A stretch of 64,000 nucleotides of DNA from an uncultured archaeon (GTDB lineage: Archaea > Asgardarchaeota > Lokiarchaeia > Sigyniarchaeales > SOKP01). Position numbers and translations under genes: made by a program. The DNA lies in NCBI GenBank assembly GCA_964583985.1, contig CAZOYD010000005.1, positions 24,696 through 88,695 of the forward strand, in the 5' to 3' direction. The notes below the pieces were generated by a model. It was not told where the DNA came from, did no database searches, and was given only the letters and a program-made list of their open reading frames with translations. Numbering within the stretch: position 1 is the first letter of the stretch; the number at the start of each line of letters is the position of its first letter. This document shows, piece after piece, positions 20,518 to 30,800 of this stretch.

Positions 20518-20754
20518 TCATTTCTTTTTGATCTTGATCAAATAATCTTCTCCTTCTGATTTAAATTCGAGCACTTCATGCCCCTGAGATTCTACAAATC
20601 TTTTGATATTTTCACCCGCTTCGCTGAAATCCCCTTTTACCTCAAGAATTTCTCCACAATCCATTGAATTGAGCATTTTTTTTGTTTGAGCTACTGGTAA
20701 GGGACAGACAAGATCCGAACAATCTAAAATTTTTGATCTGGTTATTATATCCAC
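20518..20754 (-). CDS. tusA: TusA/SirA-family sulfur carrier
   Basis: LDCSDLVCPLP (CPxP), GEILEV; GTG start. Confidence 0.92.
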   Translation of the reverse strand: MDIITRSKILDCSDLVCPLPVAQTKKMLNSMDCGEILEVKGDFSEAGENIKRFVESQGHEVLEFKSEGEDYLIKIKKK

Positions 20755-20764
20755 CTCTTTAAAA

Positions 20765-21124
20765 TCAGCAAAATATTACATTATCCGCACTTACACACAT
20801 CTCTAAAAATCCACTCATCGTGGTCTTGGCACATCCAGGCAATAATTCCTCATCTAACATTCCTCTTGCTTTCATGCAAACTCCACAAACAAGTACTTTT
20901 GCCCCTTCATCGATTACATCCATTAACCATTTTCCTACATTATCATAGCTCTTTGGGTCTTGTCCTTTTTTTCCAACCCAAATACCATCTTCTACTAAAA
21001 AAATATTGACTTTATGCCCCTCTAATAAAGCAGTATAGGCAAATCTAAGTAAAGTATAAGGTCTTTCTTTTGTATACTGACCTGAACCGATTGCAATTGT
21101 AAAAACTTTCTTTTTCTCAGACAA
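20765..21124 (-). CDS. DsrE/TusD-family sulfur relay protein
   Basis: IFLVEDGIW, VCGVCMKARG; TTG start at 21124 with GAGG upstream preferred to 21175. Confidence 0.88.
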   Translation of the reverse strand: MSEKKKVFTIAIGSGQYTKERPYTLLRFAYTALLEGHKVNIFLVEDGIWVGKKGQDPKSYDNVGKWLMDVIDEGAKVLVCGVCMKARGMLDEELLPGCAKTTMSGFLEMCVSADNVIFC

Positions 21125-21191
21125 TTTAATTCTAATCCTCTTAAAAGTATCTAATAAATACTTTAATTTTAGCACATATTAATTTTTTCGT

Positions 21192-21237
21192 ATAGATTTA
21201 TTAAAATTATCGATAAATTAAAAAATGTTTAATCTAT
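21192..21237. promoter_or_regulatory. Candidate LysR operator in divergent dsrE/lysR promoter
   Basis: ATAGATT (21192) and AATCTAT (21231) inverted repeat around palindrome TTATCGATAA (21207-21216). Confidence 0.45.
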
Positions 21238-21251
21238 TCATCACTTAAGCA

Positions 21252-22142
21252 ATGAATATCGAATTTTTGAGGACTTTTATATTTCTTGCAGAGGATAAAA
21301 GTTTTTCTAAACTTGCTAAAAGATTAAAAATATCTCAGAGCACATTATCTCATCGAATTTCACAAATAGAAAGTGAATTTGGAGGGACTAAATTTATCAA
21401 TAGAACTACTCGAAAGTTTGAATTAACTGAGGACGGTTCTATCTTCCTTGAATATGCCAAGGCAATTATTGAATTATATGATAGAGGTAAGAAAAAATTA
21501 GTAAAATACAGTGATTCTGTCGCTGAAAATATTACCATTTCAGCTTCAACGCTTCCAGGGTCACATATTTTGCCAAAATATGTTGCTCAATTTAGAGAAC
21601 AATATCCTAATTCTAATTTTAAAATAATAATTAATAATTCTGAGGAATCTTTAGAATTAATTACAAAAAATCAAGTAGATTTTGCAGGTATTGGGAGTTT
21701 TATGGAATATACAAGAGAGAATTTTGATATAATAAAAATTGGAGAAGAACATTTAAAATTTGTTTGTTCCCCTAATCATAACCTCGTAACAAAGAATCAA
21801 CCAATCCCCTTTAAAGAATTGATAAAATTTCCGTTTATAAGTCGAGAGAAGGGATCCGGAACTCGTGAAACTTTTGAACATGATTTTCTCGAGCACCATA
21901 AGTTAGATATCAAATTAGTCATGGATAATAATGATTCGATCATATCTGCAATTAATGAATCCGATTATATCTCTGTTCTTAGTGAAACAATAGCACAAAA
22001 AGCCGTCAATGCTAAACTTATTACATTCTTAGAAATTGAAGAATATCCAAGTATTGCTTCTCGAGATATTTATTTTATCAAACCTAAAGAAAAGGAACTT
22101 TCAATTTTAAAGAAAAAATTCTGGGAAACCTTAATAAAATAA
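21252..22142 (+). CDS. LysR-family regulator (CysL / selenium-metabolism-associated type)
   Basis: SFSKLAKRLKISQSTLSHRISQIE HTH, ASTLPG, SREKGSGTR. Confidence 0.92.
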   Translation: MNIEFLRTFIFLAEDKSFSKLAKRLKISQSTLSHRISQIESEFGGTKFINRTTRKFELTEDGSIFLEYAKAIIELYDRGKKKLVKYSDSVAENITISASTLPGSHILPKYVAQFREQYPNSNFKIIINNSEESLELITKNQVDFAGIGSFMEYTRENFDIIKIGEEHLKFVCSPNHNLVTKNQPIPFKELIKFPFISREKGSGTRETFEHDFLEHHKLDIKLVMDNNDSIISAINESDYISVLSETIAQKAVNAKLITFLEIEEYPSIASRDIYFIKPKEKELSILKKKFWETLIK

Positions 22143-22143
22143 C

Positions 22144-22545
22144 TTAATCTTTCTTTTTAAAATCTAAAGATATCGAATTTATACAATATCTTTTACCCGT
22201 TGGTTTCGGTCCATCGGGAAATACATGACCCAAATGACCACCACATTTTTTGCATAAAACTTCTGTTCTACGCATTCCAAGGCTCTTATCGGTTTTGGTT
22301 TCTATTTTATTTTCATCTACAGGGGCATAAAAACTTGGCCAACCACATCCTGATTCGAATTTAGTTTCAGAGTCGAATAAAGGTGCTCCACAACCGGCAC
22401 AATAGTATTTACCTTTCTCATGATTATCCCAATACTTTCCTGTAAATGGTCGTTCAGTACTTTTTTCACGCAATACTTCATATTGTTCTTTTGTTAACTT
22501 TTTACACCAATCCTCATCATTAATTTGCTTTTCAGTTTCGTTCAT
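22144..22545 (-). CDS. msrB: Peptide-methionine (R)-S-oxide reductase MsrB
   Basis: [37 protein letters not shown]; ATG 22545 preferred. Confidence 0.97.
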   Translation of the reverse strand: MNETEKQINDEDWCKKLTKEQYEVLREKSTERPFTGKYWDNHEKGKYYCAGCGAPLFDSETKFESGCGWPSFYAPVDENKIETKTDKSLGMRRTEVLCKKCGGHLGHVFPDGPKPTGKRYCINSISLDFKKKD

Positions 22546-22752
22546 AATACAACTTAATAGAAAATAGTACAATTAACCGTTCGGATTATAATTAATAAGG
22601 AGAAAAAAGTTTTTCCTACCTTTTTAAATTAAAATCCGAAAATACTTGTATTTTTTATTATTTCGATTGTTATACACAATCTAACATGTCTTTTTTTAAA
22701 GATCCCCAAATCATAAAATTCTTAAAATCCAGAAAATTAATGAATTTATAAT

Positions 22753-22768
22753 AAAAAAAAAAAAAAAA
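22753..22768. repeat. A16 homopolymer upstream of the thermosome gene
   Basis: 16 consecutive A. Confidence 0.8.
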
Positions 22769-22793
22769 TTATGAGAAATATAGGTGAAAATTA

Positions 22794-24365
22794 ATGTCTG
22801 TTCCAATATTGATATTGAAAGAAGGAACTGAGGAAACAAAGGAAAAAGAAGCACGAATGCAAAATATTAATGCAATGATGGCAATAACAGAGACTGTAAG
22901 ATCAACACTCGGACCAAAAGGAATGAACAAAATGCTTGTTGATGGAACTGGCGAGGTCACTATTACAAATGATGGCGCTGAAATTTTAAAAACCTTGAGT
23001 ATTGAAAACGTGGCAGCAAATATGATGGTAAACATTGCAAAATCAATTGATGAAGACATAGGAGATGGTACAACATCTGCCGTTATTTTTTCGGCTCAAT
23101 TATTAGCAAATGCTTTGGAATTAATCGAACAAGAAATTCATCCTAAACCCATTACACATGGATTTCATTTAGCTGCTATAAAAGCTCTTTCCATTGTGGA
23201 TGAAATCGCTGAAACTATTTCTGCCGATGACGAAGAAACCTTGAAAAAAGTCGCCATAACAGCAATGAATTCCAAAGACGTGATGGGATTAAAAGATTTT
23301 TTTGCGGATATTGCTTTAAAAGCAGTAAATCTCATAAAAGAAGATGGTAATACTTTTTCTAAAGTTGGAAACGTAAAAATTGTCAAGGCTCCCGGAAAAT
23401 CACTCAAGGATACAGAATTGATCGAGGGGGTCTATATTGAAAAAGAAAAAGTAAATGCAATGATGCCTGACGTGATTAAAAATGCTAAAATCGCGGTTAT
23501 TAGGAAGAAATTAGATGTGTCTAAAACAGAGATTTCTGGAGAAATTCGCATTACTAATCCTAATGATATTCAGAGATTCTTAGATCAAGAAGAAAAAATA
23601 TTGCATGATTACCTTAAAGTCTTTAAAGACATTGGAGTAAACATGATTGTCAATAACAAGGACATTTCGGATAAGTTTGGAGCATTTTTAGCTAGAGAGG
23701 GAATTGCAGCGATCAAAAGTTTGGGAGATAATGATATGAAAGCAGTTTCTCAAGCTACTGGTGCCAAAGTAGTTGATGATATCATGTCTTTATCTGAAAG
23801 TGAATTAGGTTATGCTGAAAGCATTAAGTTCCAAAAAATTGACAAGAATGAATACACGGAATTCACGGGATGCAAGAACCCCAAATCAGTTTCAATATTA
23901 CTGAAAGGAGGTTTAGATAAAATATTAAGTACCACAGAAGTAACCTTACATGATGTTTTATCTGTTATTGCAAAAGTAATCGATACTAAGAAGGTTGTTG
24001 CTGGAGGGGGCGCCATATATATCGAATTAGCTAAACATTTAAGAGAGTATGCCAATGAGATTAGTGGCAAGGAACAATTAGCAATTATTGCATTTGCTCT
24101 CGCTCTTGAAGAAATTCCTATGACTTTGATCAGAAACGCTGGTTTAGATGAGATTGAAAACATGACTGAATTACGAGCAGCTCATAAATCTGCCAAAGAT
24201 AAATGGGTTGGCATTGATACCATAACCAATTCCATTGGTAACAATTATGATAAAGGCATCATAGAACCAGCAGCTTTAATCAATCATGTGATTAAATCTG
24301 GAAGTGGATTAGCAAATCTGATTTTACGCGTCGATAGAATTATAAACGCTAAGGGTAGTAAATAA
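22794..24365 (+). CDS. ths: Thermosome (group II chaperonin) subunit
   Basis: STLGPKGM, ITNDGA, GDGTTS, VAGGGA, LRVDRII; SD AGGTGA. Confidence 0.96.
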   Translation: MSVPILILKEGTEETKEKEARMQNINAMMAITETVRSTLGPKGMNKMLVDGTGEVTITNDGAEILKTLSIENVAANMMVNIAKSIDEDIGDGTTSAVIFSAQLLANALELIEQEIHPKPITHGFHLAAIKALSIVDEIAETISADDEETLKKVAITAMNSKDVMGLKDFFADIALKAVNLIKEDGNTFSKVGNVKIVKAPGKSLKDTELIEGVYIEKEKVNAMMPDVIKNAKIAVIRKKLDVSKTEISGEIRITNPNDIQRFLDQEEKILHDYLKVFKDIGVNMIVNNKDISDKFGAFLAREGIAAIKSLGDNDMKAVSQATGAKVVDDIMSLSESELGYAESIKFQKIDKNEYTEFTGCKNPKSVSILLKGGLDKILSTTEVTLHDVLSVIAKVIDTKKVVAGGGAIYIELAKHLREYANEISGKEQLAIIAFALALEEIPMTLIRNAGLDEIENMTELRAAHKSAKDKWVGIDTITNSIGNNYDKGIIEPAALINHVIKSGSGLANLILRVDRIINAKGSK

Positions 24366-24370
24366 AGAGT

Positions 24371-24394
24371 CTTTTTTATTATTTCTTTTTTTTA
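24371..24394 (+). terminator. Oligo-T archaeal terminator after thermosome gene
   Basis: T-tracts directly after the stop codon. Confidence 0.5.
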
Positions 24395-24535
24395 TTCTTA
24401 CCTTAAATTTCCGCTAATTAGTCTCATTTTTTCCCAATTTTTTCCCTCCTTGAGATAAGAAAAGCATTTAAATTGGTTAACCTCTTCTATTCATTATCTC
24501 AATTACTACCCAATGCTATTTAGCAGCTGATTTTA

Positions 24536-26443
24536 ATGGATTATCAAAAGGAATTTAATGATTATATTGTTAAAGGAATACTTACAGAACAAGACTTTGA
24601 GAAATTAAACGCGCTAAATAATGATCATGTCTGTCGAATCATTCATCAATTTGTAGATTTGTGTAATCCCAGTAAACTTACTGTTATCTCTGATTCTGAA
24701 AAAGACATAGTTTATGTAAGAAAAAAAGCAATTGAATTACATGAAGAATCCAAGTTAAATTTAAATGGACACACAGTCCATTTTGATGGATTTATAACAA
24801 TGTCCAATCATGATCAAGCAAGAGATATAGGAAATACAAAGATTTTAATTCCTAAGGGAGGATATAAACCACCCGCATTAAACACCGTTGATAGAGAGGA
24901 AGGTTTAAAAGAAATCTTGAAAATCATGGAGGGTTGCATGAAAGGGAAAGAGTGTATTATTAGGTTTTTCTGTCTTGGTCCAAAAAATTCGAAATTTTCT
25001 ATACTCGCTCTTCAACTCACAGATTCATTATACGTGGCCCATTCAGAGGATTTATTGTATCGCGCGGGGTATGAAGAATTCAAAAAATTAAATAATTCAG
25101 AAAATTTTTTTTATTTCATCCATTCAGCAGGAGAATTAATGGGGAATCCTCCTGTTACGAAAAATCTAAAAGATCGAAGGGTATACATCGATTTAAAGGA
25201 ATATAGAGTTCTCTCCGTTAATAATCAATATGCCGGTAATAGTTTGGGCTTAAAAAAATTAGCCCTCAGATTGGCTATTCACAAAGCAAATAATGAAAAT
25301 TGGTTGACAGAACATTACTTCATAATGGGAATATGCCCAAAAGGTAAAAACCGAGTAACCTATTTTACAGGTGCTTTCCCGAGTGCATGCGGAAAAACGT
25401 CTACGGCAATGTTACCCGGTCAACAAATAATTGGTGATGATATTGCTTATTTACGTTCTTGGGAAGATGGATTTGCTCATGCTGCCAATATTGAACAAGG
25501 TATCTTTGGAATTATAAAAGATGTAAATCCAATTGATGATCCTGTAATATATGAAGCTCTTACTACCCCACGAGAAACTATTTTTTCCAACATCCTAATT
25601 AAAGATGGAAATTCATATTGGTTAGGTATGGGTAAAAATATCCCTAAGGAAGGTTTGAACTATTCTGGTAGTTGGTATGAAAATAAAAAAGATGAAAACG
25701 GAATCTTAATTCCATTCGCTCATCCTAATGCGAGATATACTATAAGACTCAGTGAATTATCTAATACTGACCATAGACTTGACGATCCAGAAGGAGTTCC
25801 ACTGCATGGTATACTTTATGGGGGAAGAGATTCAGATACTATGCCTCCAATATTAGAAAGTTTAAGTTGGGAACATGGAATCTTTCTGGGAGCGACAATA
25901 GAATCTGAAACTACATCTGCCACTATCGGAACTGAAGGAGTGAGAAAATCGAACCCAATGGCTAATCTTGATTTCTTAGTAGTACCTTTAGGAAAATATC
26001 TAGAAAATCATGAAAATTTTGGTAGGAAATTAAAATTTTGCCCTAAAGTGTTTTCTACCAACTATTTTCTGAAAAATCAAGCTGGAAAGTACTTGAATGA
26101 CATACTTGATAAAAAAATATGGATAATATGGGCTGAAGGGAGGACTCAAGGTGATTTTGAAGCAATACAAACACCAATTGGATACATCCCCTTATATAAA
26201 GATTTAAAGTATTTATTTGAACTTGAATTAGGAAAATCTTATTCAGAATCAAATTATATTGAGCAATTTTCAATTAGAATAAAAAATATATTAGCAAAAC
26301 TGGAAAGGATGGAACAAATGTTCAATGCTGAAAAAGATATTCCAAAATTTATATGGACTCTTCTAAACAAGCAGAAATTCGATTTACTCCATTTGATGAA
26401 TGTTAAGGGGAAAGATGTTATATCTCCAAACGATTTTATTTAA
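24536..26443 (+). CDS. pckG: Phosphoenolpyruvate carboxykinase (GTP)
   Basis: DQAR, YAGNSLGLKK, AFPSACGKTS, IGDDIA, HPNARY, YGGRD. Confidence 0.96.
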   Translation: MDYQKEFNDYIVKGILTEQDFEKLNALNNDHVCRIIHQFVDLCNPSKLTVISDSEKDIVYVRKKAIELHEESKLNLNGHTVHFDGFITMSNHDQARDIGNTKILIPKGGYKPPALNTVDREEGLKEILKIMEGCMKGKECIIRFFCLGPKNSKFSILALQLTDSLYVAHSEDLLYRAGYEEFKKLNNSENFFYFIHSAGELMGNPPVTKNLKDRRVYIDLKEYRVLSVNNQYAGNSLGLKKLALRLAIHKANNENWLTEHYFIMGICPKGKNRVTYFTGAFPSACGKTSTAMLPGQQIIGDDIAYLRSWEDGFAHAANIEQGIFGIIKDVNPIDDPVIYEALTTPRETIFSNILIKDGNSYWLGMGKNIPKEGLNYSGSWYENKKDENGILIPFAHPNARYTIRLSELSNTDHRLDDPEGVPLHGILYGGRDSDTMPPILESLSWEHGIFLGATIESETTSATIGTEGVRKSNPMANLDFLVVPLGKYLENHENFGRKLKFCPKVFSTNYFLKNQAGKYLNDILDKKIWIIWAEGRTQGDFEAIQTPIGYIPLYKDLKYLFELELGKSYSESNYIEQFSIRIKNILAKLERMEQMFNAEKDIPKFIWTLLNKQKFDLLHLMNVKGKDVISPNDFI

Positions 26444-26469
26444 AATTGAATATTTTTTCGTTCTATTTT

Positions 26470-27150
26470 TCACATCAAGAGTTTCATGCCTTCACGAACT
26501 TTGTATGTTTGATTGAAGCGATCAACATCGATGAATCTCTTGATTTCTAAATTATTTAGTAGATCCCGCATCTCAATCTTATCCTTGTTCAATTCCTTTG
26601 CTAATCCCTCTATATCTGATTCATGAGTACGTAACACCTTAAGTAAAGAAGAATAATTTTCATAAATTTGGTTTACAATATATTTTAATACTTCATTTAG
26701 ATTTTCACCGTTTCTAGTAATAGTTGGAAAGATAACTGCATCTGGTGGCAAATAGTTTTGTGAACGGACAACTTCTGGATGCCTAGCTCCCGCGATATCT
26801 TGTTTATTAGCTAAGTACACAATAGGGGTTTCAGGCATTAGAAGTTTCCTTATGGCATTAAGAATTATGATTCCATCTTCATCCTTTTCAGGGTGAGCTG
26901 CATCAAACATAAAAATGATCCCATCAGTACCTTGTACTATAACGTCTCTCATTACCTTGAATCTTAATAAACCTGGTGTTCCAAATAGAAACACATCAAA
27001 TCCATTCAATTTAACGATCCCTAAGTCCATACCCACCGTGTAATAATTATTATCTCTCGCTTTTGCTTCGACATTGAGAGCCTTTTCATCAAAATAACTA
27101 ATGAACGTTGATTTACCACATCTCAGTGGACCACAAACGCATATCTTAAT
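26470..27150 (-). CDS. MglA-like small GTPase with C-terminal winged HTH; probable ATT start
   Basis: Frame extends 38 codons upstream of the track ORF: IKICVCGPLRCGKST (G1), TVGMDLG (G2), LFGTPGL (G3), ANKQD (G4); in-frame TGA at 27157-27159; AGGTGA SD 6 nt before ATT at 27150. Confidence 0.85.
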   Translation of the reverse strand: MKICVCGPLRCGKSTFISYFDEKALNVEAKARDNNYYTVGMDLGIVKLNGFDVFLFGTPGLLRFKVMRDVIVQGTDGIIFMFDAAHPEKDEDGIIILNAIRKLLMPETPIVYLANKQDIAGARHPEVVRSQNYLPPDAVIFPTITRNGENLNEVLKYIVNQIYENYSSLLKVLRTHESDIEGLAKELNKDKIEMRDLLNNLEIKRFIDVDRFNQTYKVREGMKLLM

Positions 27151-27638
27151 CCTAATTCACCTTTCTACTAAAATTTTGTCGGATTCTATTAGTGTTTCGT
27201 ATATTGTTATGTTTTTATTAAATTCTTTTATTTTTAATTCGTTTAATATTCAGATAATATGAATCATTAACGCAAGATAATTTTAATCTAATGTGTAATC
27301 GGTGCTAATTCTTTATATCCCCGTGTTTATAAAAGAATGACCGATGTCGACGAAAAAATTATTCGTTTTTGTATATAAAATAAATTATTCTACATTTATA
27401 AATTTGCTCCTATCTTCAAATTGTCGGATTGTCATAGGAAAAAATCGAATTTCCTTAATTAATTTTGGTTATTTTTCTTGGGCAAAAAGGGAATTTTAAG
27501 ATCTAATTTCCTTAGATAAAATTAAGAATATTAAAAAAAAATAATGATATAAATTCTTTTTTATATACTATTTAGTCATCCTAATTTTTAAGCGAAAAGG
27601 CTTTTAAAATTGATTATAACTGAAACAGTCATTTTTTT

Positions 27639-27725
27639 CGTAATAATATGATCAAATACCGCGAAAAATTGATCAAATGACGTAAAAAATTGTTAAATTC
27701 GTACATTATATGTAATCTTTAAATA
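27639..27725 (+). promoter_or_regulatory. Phased ~21-bp repeats and TATA box of the hdr-met operon
   Basis: TGATCAAATACCGCGAAAAAT (27649) / TGATCAAATGACGTAAAAAAT (27670) / TGTTAAATTCGTA (27691), then TTTAAATA at 27718. Confidence 0.5.
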
Positions 27726-27862
27726 TGAAATAGTCATTAATACTCATTATAAAGATATATCTTACTGAAATTAACGATATCTTTTTTTTTTGATCGTTAA
27801 TTCATAAGCAATGTTGTAATTTAGTAAGATAAAAATAAAAAACAAACCAAAACTGAAGAAAA

Positions 27863-30800
27863 ATGCCAAATAGTAATATTATGGTAATAGGAGCAGGTAT
27901 ATCGGGAATAGAAACTTCTCTTACATTGGCTGATCAAGGATATAGAGTAATTCTAGTTGAGAAAACGTCCTCCGTAGGAGGTAGGATGGCACAACTAGAC
28001 AAAACTTTTCCGACATTAGATTGTTCCATATGTATATTAGCTCCCAAGATGGTCGAATCCTCGAGACATCCAAATATCGAACTAATTCCATATTCAGAAG
28101 TCCAAGAAGTTACAGGAGAGCCTGGGAATTTTGAAGTTAAGATTCTAAAAAAGGCTAAATACGTTAATTGGGACATCTGTACTGGATGTGGAGCTTGTTC
28201 TGAAAAATGCCCGATGAAAAAAATTCCTTCTGAATTTGAGGAGAAAATGGGAAATCGAACAGCAATTTATATACCATTCCCGCAAGCAGTACCACGAAAA
28301 GCAGTAATTGATGCAGAAAAATGCCTTTATTTAACGAAAGGTGCTTGTCAATTATGTGAAAAAGAGTGCGAAGCTGGTGCGATTAATTGGGAAATGAAGG
28401 ATGAAGTTGTGGGGTATAATGTAGCATCTATTGTTGTAGCAACTGGATTTGATCTACTAGATCCAGTAGTATTAGATAGATATCATTATGGTGAATATTC
28501 AAACGTCATAACTGCCATGCAATATGAGAGACTTTTAAGTGCTTCTGGTCCTACTGAAGGTGAATTGATTCGTCCTTCGGATAAAAAACACGTACACAAT
28601 GTGGCATTTATTAGTTGCGTAGGTTCCAGGAATGAAGATTTGTGTTCTTATTGTTCTAAATTTTGTTGCATGTATCAGACAAAAGAAGGCGTGGTAACCA
28701 GAGAACACTCCCCAGATACTAACGTGACAATATTTTTTAATGATATAAGGGTAATTGGAAAAAATCAAGAAGAATTCATTGAGCGAGCTAAAAATGAATA
28801 TGGGTTAATATATTATAGAGGAATTCCAGGTGATATTCGTGAAAACACTAAAAATCATAATTTATTTGTCAAACATGCAAATCTAGATACTGGAGATGTA
28901 GAAACTAGTGAATTTGACTTAGTAGTGCTAGCTAATGCGGTCACTCCCAGAAATGATGCTGGAAAATTAGCCAATATTTTAGGCATTGAACAGAACGAAT
29001 TTGGATTCTTTAAAACCAACGCCTCTACCGAGGATCTTCGATCTACAAGAGATGGAATTTACGTTACTGGTTCATGCCAATCACCTGATGATATTGCTAA
29101 TTCAGTTGCAAAAGCAGGTGCTGCTGCTGCTCTTGCAGCTACTCATGCCGTACCTCTAAGTGCTGAAGAAAGGGAAATTTCCCTACCACCATTAATACCT
29201 GTTAAAGCAGGAGATAAACCTAGAATTGGAGTGTTCATTTGTCGATGTGGAGTTAACATTGCTGGCTACATGGATGTCCCAAGCCTAGTAGATTATGCGG
29301 AAAAATTGCCAAATGTTGTGTTTTCTATGGAAAATAAGTATAGTTGCTCACAATTAACTCAGGATATTATTAAAGAAAAAATCAAAGAATTAAACTTAAA
29401 TCGAGTTGTTGTGGCAGCTTGCACGCCAAGAACTCATGAACCCTTATTCCAAAAAACAATCAGAGAAGCAGGATTAAACGAATATTTATTTAATTTCGTG
29501 AGCATTCGTGAATTAGATTCTTGGGTTCACATGCATGATAATCCAAGAGCTACTGATAAAGCTAAGGATTTAATTAGAATGGGAGTTGCTCGTGTAGCTG
29601 CTCAAAAAGCAGAATATAAAATCAAAGGTAAAGTTATACCCGAAGCTTTAGTGGTGGGTGGTGGTGTTGCTGGGATAAGTGCTGCAATAGAAATTGCTAA
29701 AAAAGGTTTTAAAGTTCATCTCGTTGAGAAAGAAGATAGATTAGGTGGTCAATTGAATTTAATATATAAAATTAATTTTGATAAAATTGATTCTAAACAA
29801 TTTTTGGAAGATCTACTTCAAGAATTCAATGGTATGAAAAACATCACTTCTTATTTAGGCTCTGAAATAGTTGAAATCAAGGGATCAATCGGTGACTTCA
29901 TCGTAAAGATCAAGAATAAGAAGGATAAACGTGATAATTTGAACGTGGGGGTAATAATAATAGCAACAGGAGCTTATGAATATAAACCAATTGATTGGTA
30001 TGATTATGGAAAGAATAAAAACATAATGACTCAACTCGAGTTATCCGAGAAACTTAAAAATGATGAACTCAAAGATGGGGAAACACTTGTTTTTATTCAT
30101 TGTGTAGGCTCAAGACAACCTGAAGGAGCTAATGGCGTAACTTATTGCTCTTTAATTTGTTGTTCGGAATCAATTCGACATGCCTTATATGTTAAGGAGA
30201 AATATCCGAATTCTAACATATATGTTTTATATCGAGATATTCGAGTTGGAACATACGAAGAACCTTATTACTGGAAAGCCCGTGAAGATGTCAACTATAT
30301 AAGATTCAATGAATATCCTGTTCTTGAAAATAAAGATGGTAAATTAAATATCGATGTTAAAGATATTCTAACTCAAACGGATCTTACGATTAGTGCTGAT
30401 AAAATAGTTTTATCGACGCCATTAATACCCTATGACACCAAGGCATTAGCTGAGCAAATTAAATGCGCTAGAGATCAAAATGGATTTTTCTTAGAAGCTC
30501 ACGTTAAACTTAGACCCGTGGATTTTGCAACAGATGGAATCTATTTAGCAGGAACTTGTCATGGGCCTAAAGGGATAGCTGATTCCATATCTCAAGCGAG
30601 AGGTGCCGCAGCACATGCATTAATTCCTCTTATTTCTGGAGAAGTCGAGAATGAACCCTTAGTTTCAGTTGTAGATCCCTCTTTATGCATAGCATGTCAA
30701 AAATGTGAAGAAGTCTGCAATTTTGGAGCTATTGGTGTAAATTTTGATAATGAAATATTGGTTTCTGAATCAAACCCATTGTTATGTAAGGGTTGTGGAG

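Noticed and set aside
20759-20770. DsrE ends TGC-TGA-TTT-TAA, which could be read as a C-terminal Cys-Sec-Phe
   Set aside because: DsrE proteins normally end at this position, and I could not identify a SECIS-like hairpin nearby; TGA is most simply the stop
27649-27710. Mini CRISPR array
   Set aside because: Only two or three degenerate 21-bp tandem units with no spacers and no cas genes
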